From contig JAGLCR010000019.1 in assembly GCA_023146135.1 (NCBI GenBank), forward strand, positions 7,529 through 71,528: DNA of 64,000 nt. The letters run 5' to 3'. The stretch comes from Bacteroidales bacterium. Its GTDB lineage: Bacteria; Bacteroidota; Bacteroidia; Bacteroidales; UBA1556. The position numbers and the translations under genes were made by a program. Position 1 is the first letter of the stretch. Every line of letters starts with the position of its first letter. Shown here piece after piece: positions 10,086 to 19,424 of the stretch. Below the pieces are notes generated by a model. It did not search any database. It saw only the letters and a list, made by a program, of their open reading frames with translations, and was not told the origin of the DNA.

Positions 10086-10737
10086 TTAGATAACTCATAA
10101 GTGAATCATATCGATCTTGTAACTCCTCCTCATCCGTTTCAAAAATGGATGCTACTATCGTATAATTATAGCGGCTAAATGTTTGAATTATTGGAGTTAA
10201 ATCAGACTTGTTAATCTTAATAGACACTTCTATTTTGGTAGTATCAGCAATAGGCGAAAAATATAAGCTCAATATACGAGCATCATTCGACTCCACAATC
10301 TGCCCAATTTGGGACACAGAATAATCATGAATATTCATCTCTAGAGTAATTAAACCTCCAGGTTGATCAACAGCAACTAATTGAGCAAAATAATGAGTCA
10401 AGTCAGCTAAGCGTATAACGCCTAAATACTTATGCTTATCATCTAAAACAGGAATAATACTAAGTTTAAACTCATCAGCGAGTTTAATAACCTCGTAAAT
10501 ATGTTGACTGTTTGTAACAAAAGGCTTTCTCAAGGTTAAAGTATGCGCACCAACTGGAGCCTCTAAATCGGCAAGCTCATATAAATCAGTCTCCGAAATT
10601 AAGCCCAAAAAATCTTCATTATTTACAATAGGCATATGCGAAATTCGATACTCCTCCATTAGTGACAGCGCATAAATTGCTGTATCACTTGTATGTAATG
10701 TAGAAACTGAATCTGTTATTAATTCTTTCGCTATCAT
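10078..10737 (-). CDS. CBS-pair protein with C-terminal ACT-like domain (AcuB-like)
   Basis: Two CBS repeats (ISHMPIV..LGLISETD; LSIIPVL..LGVI); PGGLITL..SQIGQIVESNDARILS. Confidence 0.85.
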   Translation of the reverse strand: MIAKELITDSVSTLHTSDTAIYALSLMEEYRISHMPIVNNEDFLGLISETDLYELADLEAPVGAHTLTLRKPFVTNSQHIYEVIKLADEFKLSIIPVLDDKHKYLGVIRLADLTHYFAQLVAVDQPGGLITLEMNIHDYSVSQIGQIVESNDARILSLYFSPIADTTKIEVSIKINKSDLTPIIQTFSRYNYTIVASIFETDEEELQDRYDSLMSYLNV

Positions 10738-10761
10738 AGCTAAAATGCCTTTAATATTTTA

Positions 10762-10769
10762 TAAATTTG
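10762..10769 (+). promoter_or_regulatory. -7 box (TAAATTTG) for pdxJ
   Basis: TAnnTTTG 19 bp before the pdxJ ATG. Confidence 0.55.
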
Positions 10770-10774
10770 CCAAA

Positions 10775-10782
10775 CAAAGATA
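10775..10782 (-). promoter_or_regulatory. -7 box (TATCTTTG) for the CBS/Omp85 operon
   Basis: CAAAGATA on the + strand is TAnnTTTG on the - strand. Confidence 0.55.
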
Positions 10783-10788
10783 CATATT

Positions 10789-11505
10789 ATGACTAAGCTA
10801 AGTGTAAACATAAATAAAATTGCCACCCTTCGAAATGCACGAGGTGGTAATTTACCCAACGTGCTAAAATCAGCACTTGATATTGAGCGTTTTGGAGCCC
10901 AAGGCATCACTATTCACCCTCGACCTGACGAACGTCATATACGATATTCCGATGCTTACGAGCTGAAAAAACATATAAATACAGAACTAAATATCGAAGG
11001 GAATCCTATTGATAAATTTTTAGAGCTCGTATTGAAAGTAGTCCCTAGTCAAGCAACTTTAGTACCCGACGCCCCAGATGCTATTACTTCTGATGCAGGT
11101 TGGAATACTAAGGAGCATAAATCTTTTTTGCAAGATACTATTGCTCAACTCAAGGAAAAAGGTATTCGTACTTCCATTTTTGTAGATGCGGATGAAGAAA
11201 TGGTTTTTCATGCAAAAGAAACAGGAACCGATCGTATTGAACTGTATACCGAAAGCTATGCTGCCAATTACACTAAAAATCGAGAAACTGCCATAGCTGT
11301 TTTTGTCAAAGCTGGTAAAGCAGCTCAAGAATTAGGTTTGGGACTTAATGCGGGTCACGATTTGAATTTGGAAAACTTAAAGTATTTCGCTGAACGAGTG
11401 CCCGCCTTGAAAGAAGTTTCTATTGGCCATGCTTTGGTTTGCGATGCTCTTTATTTGGGTTTGGAAAACACGGTTATGATGTATCGCCGACTTTTAGGCC
11501 AGTAA
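10789..11505 (+). CDS. pdxJ: Pyridoxine 5'-phosphate synthase
   Basis: [48 protein letters not shown]. Confidence 0.96.
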   Translation: MTKLSVNINKIATLRNARGGNLPNVLKSALDIERFGAQGITIHPRPDERHIRYSDAYELKKHINTELNIEGNPIDKFLELVLKVVPSQATLVPDAPDAITSDAGWNTKEHKSFLQDTIAQLKEKGIRTSIFVDADEEMVFHAKETGTDRIELYTESYAANYTKNRETAIAVFVKAGKAAQELGLGLNAGHDLNLENLKYFAERVPALKEVSIGHALVCDALYLGLENTVMMYRRLLGQ

Positions 11506-11597
11506 CCTATAAGGCTAAATTACACTAGTTTACCGAACTATATGAAAATTGTGCCGAAGGATAGCAATTATCAAAATATAAACATAAAGAAAATCCA

Positions 11598-12368
11598 ATG
11601 GAATTGTTTTATCGAGAGTATGGTAGTGGTGATAATTATTTAATCATTCTTCATGGCCTCTTTGGCATGTCAGATAATTGGGCGGGCTTAGCTCGTAAAT
11701 ATTCTGAAACCCACCATGTAATTGTACCTGACGCTCGAAATCACGGACGAAGCCCACATAGCCCTGAGTTTAGCTTGGAACTTATGATGGATGATTTGAA
11801 CGAGTTATTTGAAAAACTAGATATTAAAAACGTCTCAATTCTTGGTCATTCCATGGGTGGTCGTGTGGCAATGAATTATGCTCTTACGTATCCCAAAAGG
11901 GTCAACAAGCTTATTGTGGCTGATATGAGTTTAAAAAAAGGTAAGCTCCGTCCAGAGCATAAGGCCATACTTGGGGCATTAAGTTTAGTAAACCTTTCCA
12001 ACAAAAAAAGCTATGCCGAAATTGAGAAAGCTTTATCACGTTTTGTTAATGACAAACGGCGTTTACAATTTGTATTGAAAAATATTATTCGTACAGAAAA
12101 TGGATTTGTATGGAAATTAAACCCCGGCTCTTTAGTTCGTAATATAGGCAATGTAATGCCTGAGTTAAAAACGACAAATCGATATACTAAACCCACCCTA
12201 TTTATTCGCGGTGGCGCATCTGATTTTGTTTTAGAAAAGGATGAGCCTGCAATCTACGAGCATTTCCCTAATGCTGATATACAAACAATGGAGGGAGCTT
12301 CACATTGGCTACATTCTGATAACCCAGAGTTGTTTTCTAGTATTGTACTGGATTTTCTTAACGATTAG
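11598..12368 (+). CDS. Alpha/beta-fold esterase (YbfF-like)
   Basis: HGLFGMSDNW, DARNHGRS, GHSMGG nucleophile elbow, SHWLH. Confidence 0.88.
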   Translation: MELFYREYGSGDNYLIILHGLFGMSDNWAGLARKYSETHHVIVPDARNHGRSPHSPEFSLELMMDDLNELFEKLDIKNVSILGHSMGGRVAMNYALTYPKRVNKLIVADMSLKKGKLRPEHKAILGALSLVNLSNKKSYAEIEKALSRFVNDKRRLQFVLKNIIRTENGFVWKLNPGSLVRNIGNVMPELKTTNRYTKPTLFIRGGASDFVLEKDEPAIYEHFPNADIQTMEGASHWLHSDNPELFSSIVLDFLND

Positions 12369-12369
12369 T

Positions 12370-14847
12370 TTAGAAATCCATCGTTAGATTAAACCGAATT
12401 CTGAATGGCTTTATCTTTGTATTTTTTAAATACGATAAACGCCAACCAAAATCAACTCGTATAATTTTGAATATATTCTCCACAGCAACCCCCGCCTCAT
12501 AATAGGGCTCTGTTAAGCTTTGGGTGACATCCGGAAAAGTTGAATAACTCCTATTATCTGCTCGCATACTACCAACTAAAACATTTCCATAGATTACTTC
12601 CCTCCATTTCAACTTTCGGAGCAAAGGAATGTGATTGAAAAACAAGCCTTGAAAATGGTGCGAATAGGCTAATGACCCGTACTCGTCACTAATAAATTCG
12701 TAATAGTTCATTCCATTATAAGCAAACTCATCATATACATATGTTTCATTACCTGGATGCACCTCCAAAAGATTATATGGAAGTTTACCAAAAATCTTTC
12801 CCCAGGCCACAACATAATTCGAATAGCCAAGCCCCAAAATATTAAAGCGCTGCTTCATGGCAATGCGTATTTTGTGATACTCAAAATCTCCATCAAGAAA
12901 ATCAGGGATGCCGTAGGTGTACCATAAGTTAATTGTGGGATACTTTGTGCCCAAGCTATTACGCTCAAACTTATCAAAAAAGAAGGTTTCGCGGTAGGCA
13001 AAATGAGTATTTAATTCAATCTCCGAAGTAGTTATATGATTGTACAATTGTGGTGGTCCGCCTGGGGTTGAAAATATTTCAAACTGCTGGTCTTGCAATG
13101 GAGAAACCATACGGTGTCGAAATGTTAAGGTGTTTGAAAATCCATTAAACCATTCATACTCATAGCCAATACGATACTCCTCTACCAGGGTAAGCTTATC
13201 ATTGGGAGCTACTCGCAACAGACTAGACAAAATATTATCCGTTGACATGGCATTAACACTCGCACCAAGCTGTTCTACATCATTTTTATAATATATATCG
13301 ACAGCTCGCCTAGGGTTTTTATTTTGAATATATTTAAAACCTAAACCATATTTATAACGATCATCAAGAGTTCCATAAGCGAGATGCCCATATACACGAT
13401 ATCGATCACTCAAGGTATTACTCGTTCGCCCACCAATACGAAAACGATGCCCTTCCACATCATTATAACTATATATTTTATAAAAAGGACCAATATCAAT
13501 TGCTCCTACATTATAGTATCCCGAAACAAGCATGGCAATAACATCATAATAAGTACGAAAAATAGGCATATTGGTAACAGTATCAACCGTTTTATATATC
13601 ATCATCTCCTCCTCATTTAACTCCTCCGACCGAGCCGTATCCCAATACTCTTCCGACTTACCCCAAGCCGACTCGTCAACAACAACAGTTGTTGCCGATC
13701 GATAAAAATCATCTGGATAAGGTTTGTTTACAATAATATTATCGTGAATTGTTGTTTTATGAGCAAAAAAACCTGTTACTTTTTTAGAATTTTCAACGAT
13801 ATTAAAATCCACCACAAAATTATCTCTACGCAACATCCAATATTCGTTATCTATTAAATCGTATTCTTGATTAATAGCCATAGCATTCACAAAATTAAGG
13901 TTTACATTCTCTATCTTCATACTTATACGCTTGATAGCAAAACTCGTGTCGGCAACCCAAATCTCACCTGTGAAGGTGGCTTCTTGCTTTCGTCGTGGCT
14001 TAAACATCATTTGGTAGCACCAATGCCCATCAATTGTCGCACTATCGATTAAATAATAGCGATAAGTACGGAGTCCAAAGTTAGCAATAGGGCTAGCAAA
14101 ATTTTTGTTAAACACACGAATATAATTATCATACACATTTATTTTCTGATACATACTACCCAAAAACTGAGCTACACTTTCATTATTAATACCCGACATA
14201 CGCGATGCAACAATGAACTCCTTTTTCACTTCAGGATTTGATCTAAAATAATAATTTGAAACAGATTCAGACAGCAATAAAGGCAGATACGATTTACCAT
14301 TAATAGTAGAGGTGTCCACATTATCGAAAATAAACTTGAACGGCTTAAATACACGTCGATTCTTAAACTCATCGGTAATATTGTTGGCATCCATTTGTAC
14401 TTTATTATATACCCTATACTCGTAAGCATCGAGCTTATAGCCACTATTATCATCCTTATTTGCAATAATTTTTCGCAAAAGAATATGAGCAGGATTCTCT
14501 CCAGGGTGGATGTCTACAGCTGACAACTCCACATTGCTTGACTGAAGTTTAACTATGAAATTTTGAAATGAACCTTTCCGAATATAAAATTTTTGTGACT
14601 TATATCCAATATATGAAATCAAAAGTGTATCCGCATTCACCTTGGTTTTAATGGCAAATTGCCCATCAAAACCTGTGGTAGCACCTACGGAAGTTCCTTC
14701 AAGATAAACATTTACAAATGGAATTGGCTTTTCTGTAGCAGCATCTATTACCACTCCCGTAATCTTAGTATATTGCGCATGAAGCTGACTTACTCCCGAG
14801 AGAATAAATACTGCAATAACTAAAAAAATGGATAGGCTTCGAATCAT
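12370..14847 (-). CDS. Outer-membrane protein with CarboxypepD_reg-like domain and DUF5686
   Basis: Signal peptide; ITGVVID..PIPFVNV..TTGFDGQF..SYIGY; ENPA..ILRKII; terminal aromatic beta-strand ending in F. Confidence 0.85.
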   Translation of the reverse strand: MIRSLSIFLVIAVFILSGVSQLHAQYTKITGVVIDAATEKPIPFVNVYLEGTSVGATTGFDGQFAIKTKVNADTLLISYIGYKSQKFYIRKGSFQNFIVKLQSSNVELSAVDIHPGENPAHILLRKIIANKDDNSGYKLDAYEYRVYNKVQMDANNITDEFKNRRVFKPFKFIFDNVDTSTINGKSYLPLLLSESVSNYYFRSNPEVKKEFIVASRMSGINNESVAQFLGSMYQKINVYDNYIRVFNKNFASPIANFGLRTYRYYLIDSATIDGHWCYQMMFKPRRKQEATFTGEIWVADTSFAIKRISMKIENVNLNFVNAMAINQEYDLIDNEYWMLRRDNFVVDFNIVENSKKVTGFFAHKTTIHDNIIVNKPYPDDFYRSATTVVVDESAWGKSEEYWDTARSEELNEEEMMIYKTVDTVTNMPIFRTYYDVIAMLVSGYYNVGAIDIGPFYKIYSYNDVEGHRFRIGGRTSNTLSDRYRVYGHLAYGTLDDRYKYGLGFKYIQNKNPRRAVDIYYKNDVEQLGASVNAMSTDNILSSLLRVAPNDKLTLVEEYRIGYEYEWFNGFSNTLTFRHRMVSPLQDQQFEIFSTPGGPPQLYNHITTSEIELNTHFAYRETFFFDKFERNSLGTKYPTINLWYTYGIPDFLDGDFEYHKIRIAMKQRFNILGLGYSNYVVAWGKIFGKLPYNLLEVHPGNETYVYDEFAYNGMNYYEFISDEYGSLAYSHHFQGLFFNHIPLLRKLKWREVIYGNVLVGSMRADNRSYSTFPDVTQSLTEPYYEAGVAVENIFKIIRVDFGWRLSYLKNTKIKPFRIRFNLTMDF

Positions 14848-14855
14848 AAAAAAAA

Positions 14856-15659
14856 TTATTTCACATAGTTAAAAAGTCGGGCTGTAGGCATTTTGGCTCT
14901 AATCAATTCGAATGGCAGTTCAAACATGGAGTCTCCCATTGCATAACATGCAATTTCGTAAAATCCATAATAAAACACAATTCCAGTATCAGTAATTAGA
15001 AAGTTAGGACTTAAACTAAAGCCATTCTCAAACTCATAAGCCATTTCATTAAGTGTTTTATTTATAGGTATATTCTGCGCTTCTCGAAAAGCCTTTTCAC
15101 CCATTAGGGTCAATACAGAAAGCTCATTTCGACTGAATAAATCACTTAACTTAAGCTTATCACCTGTTTTTGCATCAAGATTATAATAGATTTCACCACC
15201 ATTACCATGTGCTCCTCCTGTATATTCATAATAAATCTGTTTAAGTGTAAAAAGAGTTTTGTTGTTTAGCACCACCTTCGCTGTGTAGTCATATAAATAA
15301 CTTGCAATTCCTGAATCACCCATTTCATGAAAATCCTCTTCAATTTCCTTATTTTGAATTGCAAAATATTCTTCAATTAAAATATTGGGGTTTTCTGGAA
15401 TGCCTTCTACCATACCCAAATATACATTAAGCACTATATTATTAACTACATTGGCTAAATCTGACTCTCCAACAAGCTGAAAATAATTGATGTTTGCAGC
15501 TATGAAACTTGAGTCTGTTGACAGTCTAAAATGATATTTTTCAATCTGTACAATTGTATCTTCTAAGATACTAGACTTTGTAACTGTTGGTGAGCAAGTT
15601 CCAAAAGAAAGCTGAAATAGAACAAAAACAAAAAGTATATATTTTACAAGTTTTCTCAT
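14856..15659 (-). CDS. DUF3298/DUF4163 (RsiV/PdaC-like) exported protein, possibly a lipoprotein
   Basis: YEYTGGAHG, NLDAKTG..LSDLF, F.Y..YEIACYAMG; start ATG 15659 overlaps the upstream stop (ATGA). Confidence 0.82.
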   Translation of the reverse strand: MRKLVKYILFVFVLFQLSFGTCSPTVTKSSILEDTIVQIEKYHFRLSTDSSFIAANINYFQLVGESDLANVVNNIVLNVYLGMVEGIPENPNILIEEYFAIQNKEIEEDFHEMGDSGIASYLYDYTAKVVLNNKTLFTLKQIYYEYTGGAHGNGGEIYYNLDAKTGDKLKLSDLFSRNELSVLTLMGEKAFREAQNIPINKTLNEMAYEFENGFSLSPNFLITDTGIVFYYGFYEIACYAMGDSMFELPFELIRAKMPTARLFNYVK

Positions 15660-16597
15660 ACTAAAGCTTTCAATTCTAGCCAATTAAACATTTCATCGTA
15701 AACTCGTTTACGCACCTCTAGTTTCGACAATACCATGTCGTGTACGGCGCCTTCAATCTCAATAGTAGTAACATCTTTACCAATAACTTTAGCATATTTG
15801 GCAATATGCTCTACATCCAATACCGCATCTTGCATACGAATATCTTCACTCCATTTTCTTCCTTTATACGATTTATCAGAGTGCATCACCAAAACAGGCT
15901 GCTTTATATCAAGACCTTTATGCAGTTCTATTTGTGCTAATCTAATGGCACGCATCCAAGTAAAATAAAATGGAAAATTAACAATAGGTTTCCATGCAAT
16001 ATTAAAGTCCCACTCCCCCTTATAATCCTTATGAAGGCTTTTGGGATAGTGCTGAGTTAGAAAATCAACATTTAGATTCTCAAAGTGCTTGCCCAACCAC
16101 ATTGGAATACCTAAAACTGACCTAAGTGCATTTGGAATATTCAAATCAAAAAATGGACTATTCAACATCAAAGCTTTAATGAAACCATCCTTTTGTTTGT
16201 TTAAATATAGTGACGTGAGCAACCCTCCAGTAGAATGCCCCATCAAAATCATCTCTGTATTTTTATCTTCCTTTATTTTGGCTATGGCCGAATCCAAATC
16301 TTCAAAATACTCATCCATATTACGAGCAAAATTTGGCTTTTGATGTGGCATTAAAGCACGACCATATTTACGCAAATCAACCGCATAGAAATTATAGCCC
16401 CATTTATTAAAATGATCAGCAAGTTCCTGTTGAAAGAAATAATCGATATATCCATGAACATACAAAACCGCCTTGCTTGAAGATTGTTCCGTATCACGAA
16501 ATACAACAACACTTTTCACTTCTCCTTCGTAATCATCTGAATGAATATATTCCAGTGATTTAAAACCATTTCCTAATACATCTGTTTTTATGTCCAT
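15656..16597 (-). CDS. Alpha/beta hydrolase (lysophospholipase/monoacylglycerol lipase-like)
   Basis: AVLYVHGYIDYFFQ, DLRKYGRA, GHSTGG, DAVLD, HDMVLS. Confidence 0.85.
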   Translation of the reverse strand: MDIKTDVLGNGFKSLEYIHSDDYEGEVKSVVVFRDTEQSSSKAVLYVHGYIDYFFQQELADHFNKWGYNFYAVDLRKYGRALMPHQKPNFARNMDEYFEDLDSAIAKIKEDKNTEMILMGHSTGGLLTSLYLNKQKDGFIKALMLNSPFFDLNIPNALRSVLGIPMWLGKHFENLNVDFLTQHYPKSLHKDYKGEWDFNIAWKPIVNFPFYFTWMRAIRLAQIELHKGLDIKQPVLVMHSDKSYKGRKWSEDIRMQDAVLDVEHIAKYAKVIGKDVTTIEIEGAVHDMVLSKLEVRKRVYDEMFNWLELKALV

Positions 16598-16606
16598 ATG
16601 GTTGAA

Positions 16607-17851
16607 TTAATTACACTTAATAGCATCAGCCCTTGATTTAAGTGCCTTTGATTTACTTAAAATAGTGTCCAATATTTGTATGCGAGTTCCCGAAGTATTG
16701 ATAACAATATTTGACTTACACGGTTTTGAAGCATCTGCAACTTCTTTAGGAGTTACATTTGATTTATATTTTTGCACCAAGCAAGTGTACTTATTAAGCA
16801 TGCCTTCAATTGACTTTAACTGCTCCAATTTCTTACGAATCTTTATATCATTATTTGAGTTTTTATAAAGCTTTTCACATGCTTCAACTTTCCGAGCAAC
16901 ACTAATACGGTAAGAGAAAACACCTTGAATTTTCCGCTGCTCTTCTGGCGATATATAAACTATTAATCCTCGCTTATACAAGCCCATATAGCGAACTTGC
17001 ATGCGTTTGCGGCTACCCACAAACGAAACCATACGATCGCCATCAATGAACTTATAGTTAAAAAACTTATCATTATATACCGTATTATTAAATATTGTTG
17101 AGTAAAATGTAAGTGTAGTTGTGTCCACATTCACACCCTTACTTATTAAGTCTTTCTTGTTTTTAGAATAATACGAATAATGATCATTTTGGATATAAAC
17201 ATCATTATTAGCATTATTGGATTTTACCACAAAACCATCCTTAAAACTTACCTTCAAATAGCTCGTATCTGTGCGCAATTCAAATGAACCAAGCATGAAA
17301 CCCTCTTTATCTGCATATAACGAAAAACTGCTTTGCATACCTTTTTTCCAAATAGAATCTACCATTACGCCATGATTAAAGTGTAGTTTCATTTTTGTTG
17401 ACTCCACTTCCTCATAGGGCAACCATTTTGTTTCGCCTCGCTCCACCATATTTTGCCTACGTTTGATGGTAGCTGTATAGAACCATTCCCCATTTGGCCA
17501 ACCACTTTCGTAGTTGGCAAGCAAGTTTACATTATACGAATAATAATAGCCATCGTTTCCTCTTTTATCTTTGGTAGTATACAGATACTCCCATTGCCCA
17601 TCTTTGAATCCACTTTTATACTCGCCCGTAATATTTCGATAAATACGCATTTTGGTATTCTTAATTTTCACCCGATAGCGAAAAGGGCCATGCTTAACAT
17701 GCTCTCCTGAATTAGCATTTTTATAGTACGAATAGTTTGCTGTTCCCACTTCATTTTCGGCATTAGAAAAGCTGCCCTCGTAACGTAATATCCCTTGCGC
17801 ACTCAACACTATAGTGCTAAATAAAAAAATGACTATTAATTTTATTCTCAT
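16607..17851 (-). CDS. Exported hypothetical protein with MORN-variant-like beta-hairpin repeats
   Basis: 414-aa ORF with signal peptide; repeats VKHGPFRY / GEYKSGFKDGQWEY / ANYESGWPNGEWFY. Confidence 0.65.
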   Translation of the reverse strand: MRIKLIVIFLFSTIVLSAQGILRYEGSFSNAENEVGTANYSYYKNANSGEHVKHGPFRYRVKIKNTKMRIYRNITGEYKSGFKDGQWEYLYTTKDKRGNDGYYYSYNVNLLANYESGWPNGEWFYTATIKRRQNMVERGETKWLPYEEVESTKMKLHFNHGVMVDSIWKKGMQSSFSLYADKEGFMLGSFELRTDTSYLKVSFKDGFVVKSNNANNDVYIQNDHYSYYSKNKKDLISKGVNVDTTTLTFYSTIFNNTVYNDKFFNYKFIDGDRMVSFVGSRKRMQVRYMGLYKRGLIVYISPEEQRKIQGVFSYRISVARKVEACEKLYKNSNNDIKIRKKLEQLKSIEGMLNKYTCLVQKYKSNVTPKEVADASKPCKSNIVINTSGTRIQILDTILSKSKALKSRADAIKCN

Positions 17852-17885
17852 ATATTTATTAATAATTTTCCTTATTTAAATCTAA

Positions 17886-18776
17886 CTAGCTTGTATATCC
17901 GAATCGCTTTAACTGGCTTTCATTTTCACGCCAGTCTTTGCTCACCTTTACAGTAATATCCAAATATATATGCTTTCCAACAAATTCCTCAATATCTTTA
18001 CGAGCATCAATCCCAACTCGTTTTATGGCCTGTCCATTTTTCCCAATAATGATCATTTTCTGAGTTTCACGAATCACATAAATCGTAGCACGAATATCAA
18101 TACGCTCATCCGTTTCTTTATATTCTTCAACCACAACTTCCGACGAATAAGGTATTTCCTTTTTATAATTCAATAGGATCTTTTCGCGAATAATCTCTGA
18201 TACAAAAAAGCGCATTGTTTTATCAGTCAACTCATCTTTAGGGTAAAAGGCGGGACTTTCAGGCAGAAGTGCAATCAGTTGCTTCAAAACAGTATCCACA
18301 TTAAAATTATGTAAAGCCGAAACAGGAATTATTTCCGCCGTGGGTAGTAAACCTTTCCAATATTCAACACGTTTTTCTAGAAAGTCCTGATTCGAAAGAT
18401 CAATTTTATTAAGAATAACGATAATCTTGGAACCTGCCTTTTGCATTTTTGCTAAGACCTCCTCATGTAATGTATCGCCATTAACTTCGGTTACGTAAAG
18501 AAAAATATCAGCATCTTCCATGGCCGCCTCCACAAAACCCATCATTGCTTTATGCAATTTATAACCTGGATTGTCGATAATACCTGGAGTATCAGAAAAA
18601 ACCAATTGGAAATCCTCCCCATTCAAAATCCCCATAATACGGTGGCGTGTGGTTTGCACCTTTGAGGTTATAATAGACAGGTTTTCACCAACTAGTGCGT
18701 TCATCAAAGTAGATTTACCCACATTGGGACTTCCCAAAATACTTATAAAACCGGCTCTATGTATTGCTTCACTCAT
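17886..18776 (-). CDS. era: GTPase Era
   Basis: GSPNVGKST, QTTRH, DTPG, NKID, KH domain IIIGKNG; start set to MSEAIH. Confidence 0.96.
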   Translation of the reverse strand: MSEAIHRAGFISILGSPNVGKSTLMNALVGENLSIITSKVQTTRHRIMGILNGEDFQLVFSDTPGIIDNPGYKLHKAMMGFVEAAMEDADIFLYVTEVNGDTLHEEVLAKMQKAGSKIIVILNKIDLSNQDFLEKRVEYWKGLLPTAEIIPVSALHNFNVDTVLKQLIALLPESPAFYPKDELTDKTMRFFVSEIIREKILLNYKKEIPYSSEVVVEEYKETDERIDIRATIYVIRETQKMIIIGKNGQAIKRVGIDARKDIEEFVGKHIYLDITVKVSKDWRENESQLKRFGYTS

Positions 18777-19073
18777 AACTATATAAATTTGTTGCAAAAT
18801 AAGGAAAAAATAGCATCCCACTCTTAATGTTTGTTTATAAATTTGAACAATAATTAGATAGCATTATAGAGCCAAAATCACCCCTCTTTTTATATCTTTA
18901 TAGGTCTCTATACTCTTTATAAACTAAAGAGTAATTTTTTTTTGAACAATTTAAAAAAGCCTTTTAAAATTCGTTAATCACCAATTCCTTTTAGGTTTAA
19001 TTTCCTATCTTTACGCTGTAAATTAAATAGCTTATAACTCTACTGTCATTAAATTAGTTATATTCTATTATTA

Positions 19074-19373
19074 TTGAGATTAATGCTAATGATAGATAAA
19101 CTATACAGAATAATTTTTTGGGTATTTACTTTCGAATCAATATTTATTTTGATTGGGATTAATTTAAATATTATTGATTACGGTGTTGATCTTCAAACTC
19201 CCTTTATGATGTTTGGTATTATGCTAGGACTTATAATCAACTCTATTGTGTATTTTATAATTGGGAAAATAAATGATAAATCGAAAAATATATTGGAATT
19301 AGTAATTTCAACAATTATGATTTTTCTTTGTTTTTACTATCTGTTTGAAGATAAGTTTAGCATAACTATATAG
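19074..19373 (+). CDS. Small hypothetical membrane protein (about 3 TM helices)
   Basis: 99-aa ORF with three hydrophobic segments in very AT-rich DNA; true start may be a downstream ATG (19083 or 19089). Confidence 0.5.
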   Translation: MRLMLMIDKLYRIIFWVFTFESIFILIGINLNIIDYGVDLQTPFMMFGIMLGLIINSIVYFIIGKINDKSKNILELVISTIMIFLCFYYLFEDKFSITI

Positions 19374-19424
19374 ATAATAAACTATTACACTAAAACAAAA
19401 CGCCCCCCAACTAATGCATATAAA

